DNA of 64,000 bases from Caulobacteraceae bacterium (GTDB taxonomy: Bacteria > Pseudomonadota > Alphaproteobacteria > Caulobacterales > Caulobacteraceae). The DNA lies in NCBI GenBank assembly GCA_035551675.1, contig DASZMV010000068.1:5675-69674 (forward strand), read 5' to 3'. Below, in pieces: positions 1 to 8,839 of the stretch; positions within the stretch are counted from its first letter, which is position 1, and each line of letters starts with the position of its first letter. The translations under genes were made by a program, and so were the position numbers. The notes below the pieces were generated by a model that searched no databases, was not told where the DNA came from, and saw nothing but the letters and a program-made list of their open reading frames with translations.

Positions 1-1
1 T

Positions 2-2731
2 CATGGCGAGAAGCTGATCGACGCGGGACGATTGGCCGACGCGGAGCAGCTCTACCGCCGCGCCGCCGAAATCGGAACCAAGGCCGGCGGCGAAGGCGCG
101 CTCGTGGCCCAGATGACGCGCAACACAGTCGTGCGCCTGATCGAGGACCAGGGCCGCTTTCGCGATGCGGAGCGCTACGCCGCCCAGGCGCTGGCGGAGG
201 TGGATCGGAAATACGGCCGCGACGGACCGTCCAGCGAGATCACCGCTGTTGCGATGAACGGACTGGCGGGCGCCTTCTGGGACGAAGGGCGCTTGAGCGA
301 GGCGGAGGCTCTCTATCGAAGCGCCGTCGAGATCGACTCGAAGATCGAGACGGACCCCGAATTGTTCGTGGACCTCGCAGCGCTCGCGGCGGTGCTGGAA
401 GCGGAAGGTCGCATGAGCGAAGCGGCGCCGATCGCCGACCGGGCGCTTGAACTCGAACGCACCGCGCCGCAGGACCAGGACGACCCGACCCCGACCATGG
501 ACCTGGCGGCGAAGATAAGCGAAGACCAAGGCCAAGTCGCCAAGGCAGACGCCCTTTATCAAGCCGCAGCGGCCCAGGCGGAGAAAACCGGAAGCGGTGC
601 GAGCTCGGCGCTCGAGCGCTATGGCCAGTTTCTCGTTCGGCGCGAACGCTTTGCCGATGCGGAGAAGTTGTTCAACAAGGCGATCAGCGCCGAAAAGAAA
701 CTTTCACCCGACGCGCCGCCCGCCGTGGCGGCCCTGTACACCGATCTTGGCGAGATGCGCCTCAAGCAACAGCGATTTGCCGAGGCGGAGCGTCTGTTCA
801 GTGCGGTCCTGAAGGCGGATTTGACGGGCTTGCGCGCTCAGCATCCGATCACGGCGCGGACCTACCAGAACCTCGGCGATGCGCAGCTTCACCAGGACAA
901 GTTTGCAGCAGCCGTCGAGTCCTTGCGCAACGGCTGTCCGGTCATTGCAGGCGCGGCCGCGGAGATTCAGGTCAGTCTTGAATCTAAGGCCGCCGGGGAA
1001 GACGAAGCGAGCGCCTGCATGCAGGCGCTGACCCGCGCCTTGTGGGGCCTGGCGGAAAAGAACACCGCCGCCGACCACGGCGGCGCGCTGTTTGCGGAAG
1101 CCTTCGCCGATGCGCAGCAGTCCATGACTTCAACGGCCGGCGACGCCATGGCGCAAGCGTCCGCGCGGACGATCGCGGCCAAGGTGGGCGCGGGCGACAC
1201 CGCTGCGGCCTACGAGCAGGAACTGCGCGAACTCGACACGCTCAACCTTGCTTTCGCCAAAGCGCTCGGCGGTGGCTCGCGGCAGCAGCGGGACGCATTG
1301 GCGAAGGCGCGCGACGACGCCGACGCGCGCGTGCAGGATTTGCGGACCATGCTTGCCACCAAGGCGGCGACCTATTGGGACTATCGATCCCCATCTCCGC
1401 TTTCTCTGGCCAGCCTTCAATCCGTTCAGAGCGACGACGCCGTGCTGTTGCACAGGAACGAGGCGCTCGTGGTTTGGATGGTCCCGCCGGGCCAGGACAA
1501 AGGCGTGGTCTTCGCCGTCTCAAAGACCGGCGCGGCGTGGGCGGACATCGGCCTGACCGGCGATGATCTGACTGGATTGGTCGACACGCTTCGCGTGGGC
1601 ATCGATCCGGAATCCTTCGGTCGCGCCGCCAGGCAGCAAGGACGACCGCAACCGTTCGACCGAACCGTCGCCCATAATCTGTACCTGCACCTGCTGGGCG
1701 ACGCGAAGATCCAGGCGGTGATCAACGCGGCCGGGATCGACACGCTAATTATTGTTCCATCCGGTGACCTGACCAGCCTGCCCCCCAGCCTGTTGGTGGT
1801 CGACGCGCCGAAAGGCAGCGACGATGACCCAGCGGCGTTGGCCCAGACTCACTGGCTGATCGCCGACAAGGCGATCGCGGTGCTGCCGGCGGTTTCGTCG
1901 CTGCGCACCTTGCGTCAGGTGTTGATCGCCTCGCGTACGGCGACCGACCGCAAGTTGCTGGCCTTCGCCGACCCGGACTTCGCGGGGACCGGCGTGCTGC
2001 CCGAACCTGCGTCGAGCGCGGCGCCCCTGACGGTGACCCCGCCGCCCGCGGCGCGCGGATTCGAACGCGACGGGCGCGGAACCGATGAGCTGAAGACCCT
2101 GCCGCCGCTCTACGGCTCCCTGGCCGAGGGCCGCGGCCTCGCAAACCTCATCGACCCCGGCGATCCGAGCGCGCTGCTGCTGGGGCCCGACGCGTCGAAG
2201 ACGAACCTGCTGAAGCGCGCCGCCGACGGGTCGCTCGCGCACACCCAGGTTCTCGTCTTCTCGACCCACGGTCTGCTAACCGGTGATTTTACCGGCCTGA
2301 CCGAACCCGCGCTGGCGCTCGCCGCACCGCCGAAATCCGGCGCAGACCCCAGCGACGACGGCCTGCTCAAGGCGTCGGACGCCGCGGCTTTGACGCTGAG
2401 CGCCGACTGGGTCGTGCTCTCCGCCTGCAACACCGCGGGCGGGCAGTCCAAAGGCGCGCCGGGCCTGTCAGGACTGGCGCGGGCGTTCTTCCACGCCGGC
2501 GCATCGACCCTGCTCGTCTCGCACTGGCGAGTCGACGACGACGCGACCGCCCAGCTGACCACGGCGACTTTCAGAGAACGCGCCGGCGGCAAACCGAAGG
2601 CCAAGGCGCTGCAGGCGGCGATACTCGGGATGATCCGCGGCGCCCCCGATGATCAAAAGGCGAGCGACGTCCACCGCTACGTCGAGCCTCGCTACTGGGC
2701 GCCGTTCGTCGTGGTGGGAGAGCCGGAATAG
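2..2731 (+). CDS. TPR-repeat / CHAT-domain (caspase-like) protein, 5' partial
   Basis: The reading frame is open from nt 2 with no in-frame stop before the listed start at 32, so the gene continues upstream of the window. The N-terminal half has TPR-like repeats (AEQLYRRAAEI, AEALYRSAVEI, AEKLFNKAI, AERLFSAVL). The C-terminal part is CHAT-like, with a His (VLVFSTHG) and Cys (VVLSACNTAGG) dyad. Confidence 0.8.
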   Translation, partial: HGEKLIDAGRLADAEQLYRRAAEIGTKAGGEGALVAQMTRNTVVRLIEDQGRFRDAERYAAQALAEVDRKYGRDGPSSEITAVAMNGLAGAFWDEGRLSEAEALYRSAVEIDSKIETDPELFVDLAALAAVLEAEGRMSEAAPIADRALELERTAPQDQDDPTPTMDLAAKISEDQGQVAKADALYQAAAAQAEKTGSGASSALERYGQFLVRRERFADAEKLFNKAISAEKKLSPDAPPAVAALYTDLGEMRLKQQRFAEAERLFSAVLKADLTGLRAQHPITARTYQNLGDAQLHQDKFAAAVESLRNGCPVIAGAAAEIQVSLESKAAGEDEASACMQALTRALWGLAEKNTAADHGGALFAEAFADAQQSMTSTAGDAMAQASARTIAAKVGAGDTAAAYEQELRELDTLNLAFAKALGGGSRQQRDALAKARDDADARVQDLRTMLATKAATYWDYRSPSPLSLASLQSVQSDDAVLLHRNEALVVWMVPPGQDKGVVFAVSKTGAAWADIGLTGDDLTGLVDTLRVGIDPESFGRAARQQGRPQPFDRTVAHNLYLHLLGDAKIQAVINAAGIDTLIIVPSGDLTSLPPSLLVVDAPKGSDDDPAALAQTHWLIADKAIAVLPAVSSLRTLRQVLIASRTATDRKLLAFADPDFAGTGVLPEPASSAAPLTVTPPPAARGFERDGRGTDELKTLPPLYGSLAEGRGLANLIDPGDPSALLLGPDASKTNLLKRAADGSLAHTQVLVFSTHGLLTGDFTGLTEPALALAAPPKSGADPSDDGLLKASDAAALTLSADWVVLSACNTAGGQSKGAPGLSGLARAFFHAGASTLLVSHWRVDDDATAQLTTATFRERAGGKPKAKALQAAILGMIRGAPDDQKASDVHRYVEPRYWAPFVVVGEPE

Positions 2732-2738
2732 GCGGCGA

Positions 2739-3245
2739 TCACGTTGCGGGCGGCTCGCCCGGAGGCTCGGACGACGCGGGTCGCGTGATCGGATGCGCGC
2801 TGACCGGACTGCCGTAGCGGTTATCGCCGGTCTGACCGGGCGTGAGGCCCATCCATAAAAGGAACCCGAGACCGATCAGGAGCGCGACCAGACACGCCGT
2901 CAGGAAACCGCCGAGGCCGGCGAGCACGGAGAAGCTGGTGCCGCTGTCGTCGCCGTTCACCAGGCCCGAGACGATCGCCATGCCGCCCATCACGATCGCC
3001 GCGACGACGGGGATCAACCACACGCCGTAGGGAATGGCGATCAGCCAGGCCGGCTTTCCCATGTCGTGCAGGCGCTTGCTGTAGAGGCAGATCCAGCAAT
3101 AGATCGACGCGACCATCAGCGCCCACCCGACCAGCGGGATGAGCAGCACCAGCACGTCGGCGGCGGCCAGGATCAGGAACCCGACCCAGAAATCCTCCCG
3201 GTTCACCCGGCCCGCGGGCGACAGCAGAAGCGCTTTGAAATCCAT
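2739..3245 (-). CDS. DUF805 family inner-membrane protein
   Basis: 168 aa. Carries the DUF805 hallmarks: GRVNREDFW near the N-terminus, [11 protein letters not shown], several TM segments, and a C-terminal G..GDNRYG. Confidence 0.8.
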   Translation of the reverse strand: MDFKALLLSPAGRVNREDFWVGFLILAAADVLVLLIPLVGWALMVASIYCWICLYSKRLHDMGKPAWLIAIPYGVWLIPVVAAIVMGGMAIVSGLVNGDDSGTSFSVLAGLGGFLTACLVALLIGLGFLLWMGLTPGQTGDNRYGSPVSAHPITRPASSEPPGEPPAT

Positions 3246-3335
3246 CGTCGGCCCTCAGCTTCGTGTGGGACGTAAGCGCCAAGACAACGCGCTGCAATCT
3301 CAGTCGGACCGGCCAGGACGTCGCGTTGTCATCGT

Positions 3336-3350
3336 TACCAAATATTGGTA
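3336..3350. promoter_or_regulatory. Palindromic candidate ParD operator (TACCAA-ATA-TTGGTA)
   Basis: Perfect 6-bp inverted arms with a 3-nt spacer, 12 bp upstream of the parD ATG and inside a short AT-rich promoter-like stretch. Type II antitoxins commonly autoregulate through sites like this. Confidence 0.5.
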
Positions 3351-3361
3351 TTCTAATCGTT

Positions 3362-3607
3362 ATGGGAAAGAACACGTCCGTCAGCCTGGGCGACCACTTC
3401 TTGGACTTTGTGGAATCGCAGGTCGCCGAAGGCCGTTATGGCTCCGCCAGCGACGTCGTACGCGCGGGATTGCGGCTGCTCGAAGAGCGCGAGGCTCAAC
3501 TCGCAGCCCTGCGCGCGGCGCTGATCGAAGGCGAGGAGAGCGGACCGGCCGCGCCATTTGATTTCGACGACTTCATCGCGAGGAAACGCGCAGCGGCTCG
3601 CAAATAA
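3362..3607 (+). CDS. parD: ParD-family type II antitoxin (ribbon-helix-helix)
   Basis: 81 aa starting at the internal ATG ([44 protein letters not shown]), which is typical ParD/CopG-like sequence. Lies immediately upstream of a ParE-like ORF. Confidence 0.85.
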   Translation: MGKNTSVSLGDHFLDFVESQVAEGRYGSASDVVRAGLRLLEEREAQLAALRAALIEGEESGPAAPFDFDDFIARKRAAARK

Positions 3608-3615
3608 CTCTTCGC

Positions 3616-3897
3616 TTGCTCCTGACGCCTCGAGCCGTTCAGGATCTCGATGACATCTGGGACTACACTATCGATCGATGGGGAATCGATCAGGCTGAGA
3701 CCTATTTGGGCGGCGTCCGGGCCGTGCTCCAGGCCTCCCTGACCGCGCCGACTTTACTTAGAGCCTGCGGAGACGTGCGCGAAGGCTATTCCAAGATCGT
3801 CGTCGGATCGCACGTCGCATTTGCGCGTGTGGAAGGCGAACAGCTGACGGTGGTTCGCATCCTGCATCGACGGATGGATTTCGCCAGACATCTTTGA
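3616..3897 (+). CDS. parE: ParE-family type II toxin
   Basis: 93 aa with a TTG start 9 nt after the parD stop. Contains LTPRAVQDLDDIWDYTIDRWG ... VVRILHRRMD, as in ParE/RelE-fold toxins. Confidence 0.85.
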   Translation: MLLTPRAVQDLDDIWDYTIDRWGIDQAETYLGGVRAVLQASLTAPTLLRACGDVREGYSKIVVGSHVAFARVEGEQLTVVRILHRRMDFARHL

Positions 3898-3902
3898 CGG
3901 CG

Positions 3903-6098
3903 TTACGCCGCGCGCAGTTCTTCCTTCACCCGCTCGGCCAGGGTCTTGATGTCCAGCGGCTTGGGCAGGAAGGAGATGTTGGCTTCGCCTTCCAGCAGGT
4001 CGGAGAACTCGGCTTCGGCGTAGCCGGAGATGAACATCACCGGCGCCGCGCCCAGGTACTTTCGCGCCAGTTTCAACAGCGACGGCCCATCCATGCCCGG
4101 CATGATCACGTCCGAGATCATCATGTCGATGCCGCCGGAATGTTCCTCCGCCAGCGCCAGCGCCTCCTCGCCATCCGACGCTTCGATCACCTCGTAGCCG
4201 CGTTCGCGCAACAGGCGCGCGGCGATGTCGCGCACGCGGTCCTCGTCCTCGACGAACAGGATCTTGCCGGCGCCGGAAAGATCGCGCGCGGCGGAGCGCA
4301 CCGGCGCGGCCGTGGCGGCCGGCTGCGGCGCCGGCGCTTCGATGGCGGGCGCGGCGTAGGCGGGGAGGAAGATGCGGAAGGTCGCGCCGTGTCCGGGTTT
4401 CGCTTCGTCGAGCACGACGCAACCGTCGGCCTGTTCGACGATGCCGTAGACGGTCGCGAGGCCCAGACCCGTACCTTCACCCAGCGCCTTGGTGGTGAAG
4501 AACGGCTCGAAAATCTTTTGGCGCAGGTCCGAAGGCACGCCAGGGCCGGTGTCGGACACCTCGATCAACGCGCAGTCGCCCTGCTTGGGCGCCTCGGCCC
4601 AGCCCATGGCGTGCGCTTCGGCGGCGCTGACCCGGGCGGTCTTGATGCGCACCATTCCGCCGCCCTGCGCCTTCATGGCGTCGCGAGCGTTCAGCGCCAG
4701 GTTCATCACCGCGTTCTCGAGCTGGCTCTTGTCCACGCGCACGCCCGGCAGGTCGCGGCCGTACTCGGTATCGAGCCGCGTGTCCTCGCGCAGCATGCGC
4801 CGCAGCATCACCTCGAACTCGGAAATCAGTTCTCCGAGGTCGAGCGTGCGCCGCTGCACCGTCTGTTTGCGCGAGAAGGCCAGCAGGTTGCGCACCAGGT
4901 CGGCGGCGCGCACGCCGAGCTGGCGCGTCTCCATCAGGTCGCCGTAGGAGGGATCGCCCACCGGGTGACGCTGCAACAGCACGTCCAGACGCAGCTGGAT
5001 CGCGGTCAACAGGTTGTTGAAGTCGTGCGCCACGCCGCCGGCGAGCTGGCCGATCGCCTGCATCTTGCCGGCCTGGGCGATCTGCAGTTCGAGCTGACGT
5101 TGTTGCGAGACGTCGATGACGTAGACGAGGCGGCGTCCCGAATCCCACGACAGGTAAAGTTTCGCCGCGTGCGGCGGATCGAGCGCCAGTTCGAGATCGA
5201 AGGGGCCGTTCGCGCCCTTGGCGATCTTCTCGCGCGCCTCATCGACGCCGGCCTGGGTGAACAGGTCGGCGAAGCGCAGGCCGGGCTTGGCGCGCTCCGG
5301 CGCGAGCGCCTCCAGCGTGGTGTTGGCCTGGATGATCACGCCGTCGAAGGGATCGTCGTGGTCGACCGCGGCGGCGCCGAACGGGGCGCCCGCGGCGTAG
5401 GCGTCCTTGCGATGACGGTCCTCGGGCGCGGCCTGGGCCGTCGCGGCCTCGACCGGCTCGGGGCTGTAAGCCAGGAGCAACGGCTCGGCCAGCACGCCTT
5501 CGGCGGCGGCGCGCACCAGGAACCGGCCCGGCCCGATGCCGGAGACCATGGCCTCGAACTCCTGCTCGCCGAGACGCAGCAAGGCGCGGCCCGGGCGGCC
5601 ATTGCGGGCGGCGGCCATGGCGGCGAACATCGCCGGCGCAGACTTTCCGCGCGGCAGCCGGGGCGCGGTCCCGCCGACTTCACGCCAGGCGCGGTTGCAG
5701 GCCAGGATGCGGCCGTCGGAGGCGGCGACGGCGGCCGGCTCCTCCAGGGCTTCGATCAGGGCGTCGAGTTCGGCTCCGGCCTTGCGCTCGCTCTCGGGGC
5801 GCAGGGCGAAGAGGGCCAGGAAGCCCACGCCGGACAGGCCGAACAGCAAGAGCAGCCCCGGCCCGGTCTGGGGCGCGGCCACGAACGCGGGGTATCCGGC
5901 GGCGACCAGGGCGATGCCGAAGGCCAGCGCGGCAAAGAGAAACCACGGGTCGAATCCGCTCCGGCGCGGCGGTTTTACGTCCGTCGCGGGCAACAGGGCC
6001 TCGCGGGCGCCTCGCGCGTCCACAGTCAGCCGTCCTCCTCGGGCGGTCGAATCGGTCACGATCATGACTCCTATTCGGGAATCCTCGTAATCCCGCAT
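3903..6098 (-). CDS. cckA: Hybrid sensor histidine kinase / response regulator, CckA-like architecture
   Basis: 731 aa with two N-terminal TM segments and a PAS-like middle region. H-box is [18 protein letters not shown]. ATPase boxes are [16 protein letters not shown] and GTGLGLATV. The C-terminal receiver has [22 protein letters not shown] and LPKP. The hybrid-kinase call is secure; the cckA identity is an inference from architecture and lineage context (about 0.5). Confidence 0.6.
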   Translation of the reverse strand: MRDYEDSRIGVMIVTDSTARGGRLTVDARGAREALLPATDVKPPRRSGFDPWFLFAALAFGIALVAAGYPAFVAAPQTGPGLLLLFGLSGVGFLALFALRPESERKAGAELDALIEALEEPAAVAASDGRILACNRAWREVGGTAPRLPRGKSAPAMFAAMAAARNGRPGRALLRLGEQEFEAMVSGIGPGRFLVRAAAEGVLAEPLLLAYSPEPVEAATAQAAPEDRHRKDAYAAGAPFGAAAVDHDDPFDGVIIQANTTLEALAPERAKPGLRFADLFTQAGVDEAREKIAKGANGPFDLELALDPPHAAKLYLSWDSGRRLVYVIDVSQQRQLELQIAQAGKMQAIGQLAGGVAHDFNNLLTAIQLRLDVLLQRHPVGDPSYGDLMETRQLGVRAADLVRNLLAFSRKQTVQRRTLDLGELISEFEVMLRRMLREDTRLDTEYGRDLPGVRVDKSQLENAVMNLALNARDAMKAQGGGMVRIKTARVSAAEAHAMGWAEAPKQGDCALIEVSDTGPGVPSDLRQKIFEPFFTTKALGEGTGLGLATVYGIVEQADGCVVLDEAKPGHGATFRIFLPAYAAPAIEAPAPQPAATAAPVRSAARDLSGAGKILFVEDEDRVRDIAARLLRERGYEVIEASDGEEALALAEEHSGGIDMMISDVIMPGMDGPSLLKLARKYLGAAPVMFISGYAEAEFSDLLEGEANISFLPKPLDIKTLAERVKEELRAA

Positions 6099-6214
6099 TC
6101 TCTAAGAGATCAGAAACGGCTCCGGTTAAGGCCGCGTCAGCCTTGTTTCGAAAGCTCAGCCTGGGCGAGCCCTAATTTCGGCCGACGCCGGGGTTGCAAT
6201 TGAACTTTTGATAG

Positions 6215-6230
6215 GGTGAACCCGTTCACC
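6215..6230. promoter_or_regulatory. Perfect palindrome GGTGAAC-CC-GTTCACC upstream of the Crp/Fnr-family gene
   Basis: 7+2+7 inverted repeat ending 29 bp upstream of the ATG at 6259. Its function is unknown. Confidence 0.3.
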
Positions 6231-6258
6231 GGACTAGAATTCGCTGGGGGGTCCTTCG

Positions 6259-6972
6259 ATGAGATCACCTATTGCGCCCGCGGGGCTGCTCGGCCCGATT
6301 TTCGGAGCCGATTTCGCGCGGCTCGTGGCGGGCCTGGCCGTCGAGGCCAACCTGGAGCGCCGGGCTTCCATTCAGCAGGCCGACCATCCCTGCCTCACCC
6401 TGACCGTCGTGGCCGCGGGCGCCGCCCAGGCGGGACGAACCCTGGCGGACGGCGGGCAACAGATCGTGACCCTCTATTTCCCGGGCGACCTGATCGATCC
6501 GGCCGGCCTCATCGCGGGCCGGACCGAGGTTGCGGTGGAGAGCCTGACGCCCGTGCGCCTCATCAGGATCGATCGGTTTCGGCTCATGCCGCTGCTGGCG
6601 AAGCATCCGGACGCCGAGCGCTGCCTGGTCCGCCGGATGGCGGCGGAGAACGCGCAGCTGCGCGAGCGGGTGGTGAGCCTCGGCCGTCGTTCGGCGCTGA
6701 CGCGCATGGCGCACCTGCTTTGCGAGTTCGTCGTCCGCGTCCCGGCCGAGTCGGGCGCGCGCTTCCCCCTCACCCAGATCGAACTGGCCGACGTGCTCGG
6801 TCTCTCGCCGGTGCACATCAACCGCGTCCTGCATCAGATGCGCGACGACGGCCTGGTGAGCTTCAAGGGCCGTGACGTGGTCGTCCTCGACCAGGACCGG
6901 CTGTCGGACCTTGCGGGATTCGACGCCGCCTATCTGAACCGCTGGTCGCTCGCCCCGGCGCCCGCCCTATGA
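6259..6972 (+). CDS. Crp/Fnr-family transcriptional regulator
   Basis: 237 aa. N-terminal cNMP-binding-like beta-roll (VTLYFPGDLID). C-terminal HTH (LTQIELADVLGLSPVHINRVLHQMRDDGLV). Confidence 0.8.
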   Translation: MRSPIAPAGLLGPIFGADFARLVAGLAVEANLERRASIQQADHPCLTLTVVAAGAAQAGRTLADGGQQIVTLYFPGDLIDPAGLIAGRTEVAVESLTPVRLIRIDRFRLMPLLAKHPDAERCLVRRMAAENAQLRERVVSLGRRSALTRMAHLLCEFVVRVPAESGARFPLTQIELADVLGLSPVHINRVLHQMRDDGLVSFKGRDVVVLDQDRLSDLAGFDAAYLNRWSLAPAPAL

Positions 6973-7737
6973 AGTCGCCTGTGAGGCGCGCCGCCCCTGC
7001 ACCGGAGTCTTCGGCAGTTTGTCGAAGCTGAGGTAACCGGCGTGATCCGCGTCGAGTTCGTCGAAGCGGGCGTCGGCGGTCTGCAGAAATTCTTCCAGCG
7101 TAACCTTGCCATCGAGGTTGCGGTCGGACGACGCCACCGGTTCGGGGATGTTGAGCAGACTGAACCAGGCCGCGCCCTGGGGCCGCGTGTCGGCGGGTTG
7201 GAATTGTGCGTGCGATCCGCCGCCCCGTCCTGCTCCGCCGCCGCCGTAACCGCCTCCCCCGCCGCCGTGGCGACCGCCGTGATGACCGCCGCCTCTGCCG
7301 CCGGCCCCCTGACCGCCGCCGGGCGCGCCGCCCTGGGCGGGATGGAAGCCTTCGATGATTTCGGGGACCGCGTGTTCGTAGGCGTTGATCTCCGAGGCGT
7401 CGATGACGCCGTCATGGTTCAGGTCGAGGCTGCGGAAGAAGGTTTCCGCGTCGGCGCGAAACTGGCTGCGGGTGAGCCGGCCGTCATGGGCGGTGTTCGC
7501 CGCCTGGAACCACGCCGACGACGGATAGGGCTCGCCGGGGCCGGCGCGGAACGGCTGGCCGAGCGGGCTGATGAACAGGCCGCCGCGGTGGTCGGGCGCG
7601 CCGGCGGCTTGCGGCGGCGGCGGTGATCCGCCGTCGCGATGGTGGTGGTGGTGTTCGGGTTCGGGCGCGGCCTGATCGCTCGCGCACGCGCCGAGCGCCG
7701 AGACCAGGACGAGCGGAAGAGCAATACGGAGCAGCAT
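6967..7737 (-). CDS. EF-hand calcium-binding lipoprotein with His- and Gly-rich tracts
   Basis: Lipobox signal peptide (LVSALGAC). EF-hand loops DLNHDGVIDASE, DRNLDGKVTLEE and DADHAGYLSFDK. HHHHH and GGGHHGGRHGGGGGG low-complexity runs. Confidence 0.7.
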   Translation of the reverse strand: MLLRIALPLVLVSALGACASDQAAPEPEHHHHHRDGGSPPPPQAAGAPDHRGGLFISPLGQPFRAGPGEPYPSSAWFQAANTAHDGRLTRSQFRADAETFFRSLDLNHDGVIDASEINAYEHAVPEIIEGFHPAQGGAPGGGQGAGGRGGGHHGGRHGGGGGGYGGGGAGRGGGSHAQFQPADTRPQGAAWFSLLNIPEPVASSDRNLDGKVTLEEFLQTADARFDELDADHAGYLSFDKLPKTPVQGRRASQATS

Positions 7738-7802
7738 GAGCGCCTCGAAAAAGGGCGGACCCCGTGGCGCGAGATCCGCCTCCTCAATCAGCGAGACTTA
7801 AG

Positions 7803-8390
7803 TCAGCCTTGCGCCGGCGGCGAGGCGCCTTCGGGGCCCTGCACGTCGTGGCGCATGCCGTGATGACGGCCTTCGCCGCCGCGACCGCGCATCCGGCCAA
7901 GCGCATCGAACGTGTGCTGCTGCTCGGGGCTGAGCGCGGCGTAGAAGGCCTTTACCGCGTCGGCGTGCTGCTGGAAGCGCGCGTCGCGTTCGGCCATGCG
8001 CTTTTGCATATGGTCGAGACGTTCGGGCGTCGTCATCGCCTCACGCTCGGCGCCCGGTTGGCCGTGCTTACCGCCCATGCCTTTGTCGTCGCGCCCCATG
8101 CCGCGATGCATGCCCTCGCCGTGATGCATCGACCCGACGAAGGCCTGGAAGGCGGCTTCCTGGTCGGGACGAATCGACAGCGCGTCGTGCAGCATCTTGA
8201 CGTGCTCGGCGCGGCGGGCTTCGCCGCGGGCCTTCATGGCGGCGGGATCCCAGTGCCGGTGCGCGCCCTGATGGTCGCGTCCGGGAGGCGGCGACGCGCC
8301 GGCGCCGTCCTGGGCGTAGACGGCGGCGCTCAACAGGCTGAGGCCGAGCGCGGCGGCCAGGGCCGGCGCAAGCTTGCGGTAAGAGTTCAT
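7803..8390 (-). CDS. Periplasmic LTXXQ-motif (CpxP/Spy/ZraP-like) protein, His/Met-rich
   Basis: Signal peptide (AAALGLSLLSAAVYAQ). LSIRPDQ and LSPEQQ motifs. HHGEGMHRGMGRDDKGMGGKHG tract. Confidence 0.6.
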   Translation of the reverse strand: MNSYRKLAPALAAALGLSLLSAAVYAQDGAGASPPPGRDHQGAHRHWDPAAMKARGEARRAEHVKMLHDALSIRPDQEAAFQAFVGSMHHGEGMHRGMGRDDKGMGGKHGQPGAEREAMTTPERLDHMQKRMAERDARFQQHADAVKAFYAALSPEQQHTFDALGRMRGRGGEGRHHGMRHDVQGPEGASPPAQG

Positions 8391-8481
8391 GAGGTGGTCT
8401 CCCTACGCCCCCGCGCGGACGACCCATTGAACGGCCCCGCTCAATGCTTCCGTCGCACGACGTTCTGCGATGCGTCTTAGT

Positions 8482-8721
8482 TTAGCGGCCGACGCCGCGG
8501 AACTGGCGGTCCCAGACTTCCCGGCAATGGACCAGCCGCTTTTCCAGGCGCTCGACCTCGTCCGCAAGCCCGAGCCGACGCGCTTCCTCGATCGCCAGAC
8601 GGAAGTGCGCGGACGCGTCGTCCCAGGTCTCCTTGACCTTCCAGGATTCGTGCGCGTCGTACAGGGCTGCGTAAGCCGCTTCCGCGAGCCCATCGAGGCG
8701 GTCCAGCTCCGTGCGCATCAC
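8482..8721 (-). CDS. Small helical hypothetical protein (79 aa)
   Basis: High third-position GC and a clean ORF, but no recognisable motif. Confidence 0.45.
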   Translation of the reverse strand: MMRTELDRLDGLAEAAYAALYDAHESWKVKETWDDASAHFRLAIEEARRLGLADEVERLEKRLVHCREVWDRQFRGVGR

Positions 8722-8839
8722 GATACCCCCTGCCGCATTCCCCGCTGAACGAGATCAGCTCGTGTGAACAAAGCTTAATCTTCCATCCCTGGCGGAGCCA
8801 GGCGCCTCACCGCTCTATAGGCAGTAAGTCGGGAGAATT

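Noticed and set aside
3894-6203. A 769-aa ORF on the plus strand, together with similar very long ORFs at 13884-15674 (+), 21537-22883 (+), 28516-30030 (-), 48348-51200 (+) and 55078-56727 (+).
   Set aside because: Each lies antisense to a gene with clear family motifs: the histidine kinase, flhB/fliR, the secreted protein, the thiolase, recN/bamD and ftsZ. Their translations are Arg/Gly/Ala/Pro-rich low-information sequence. These are classic stop-codon-poor shadow ORFs of high-GC DNA.
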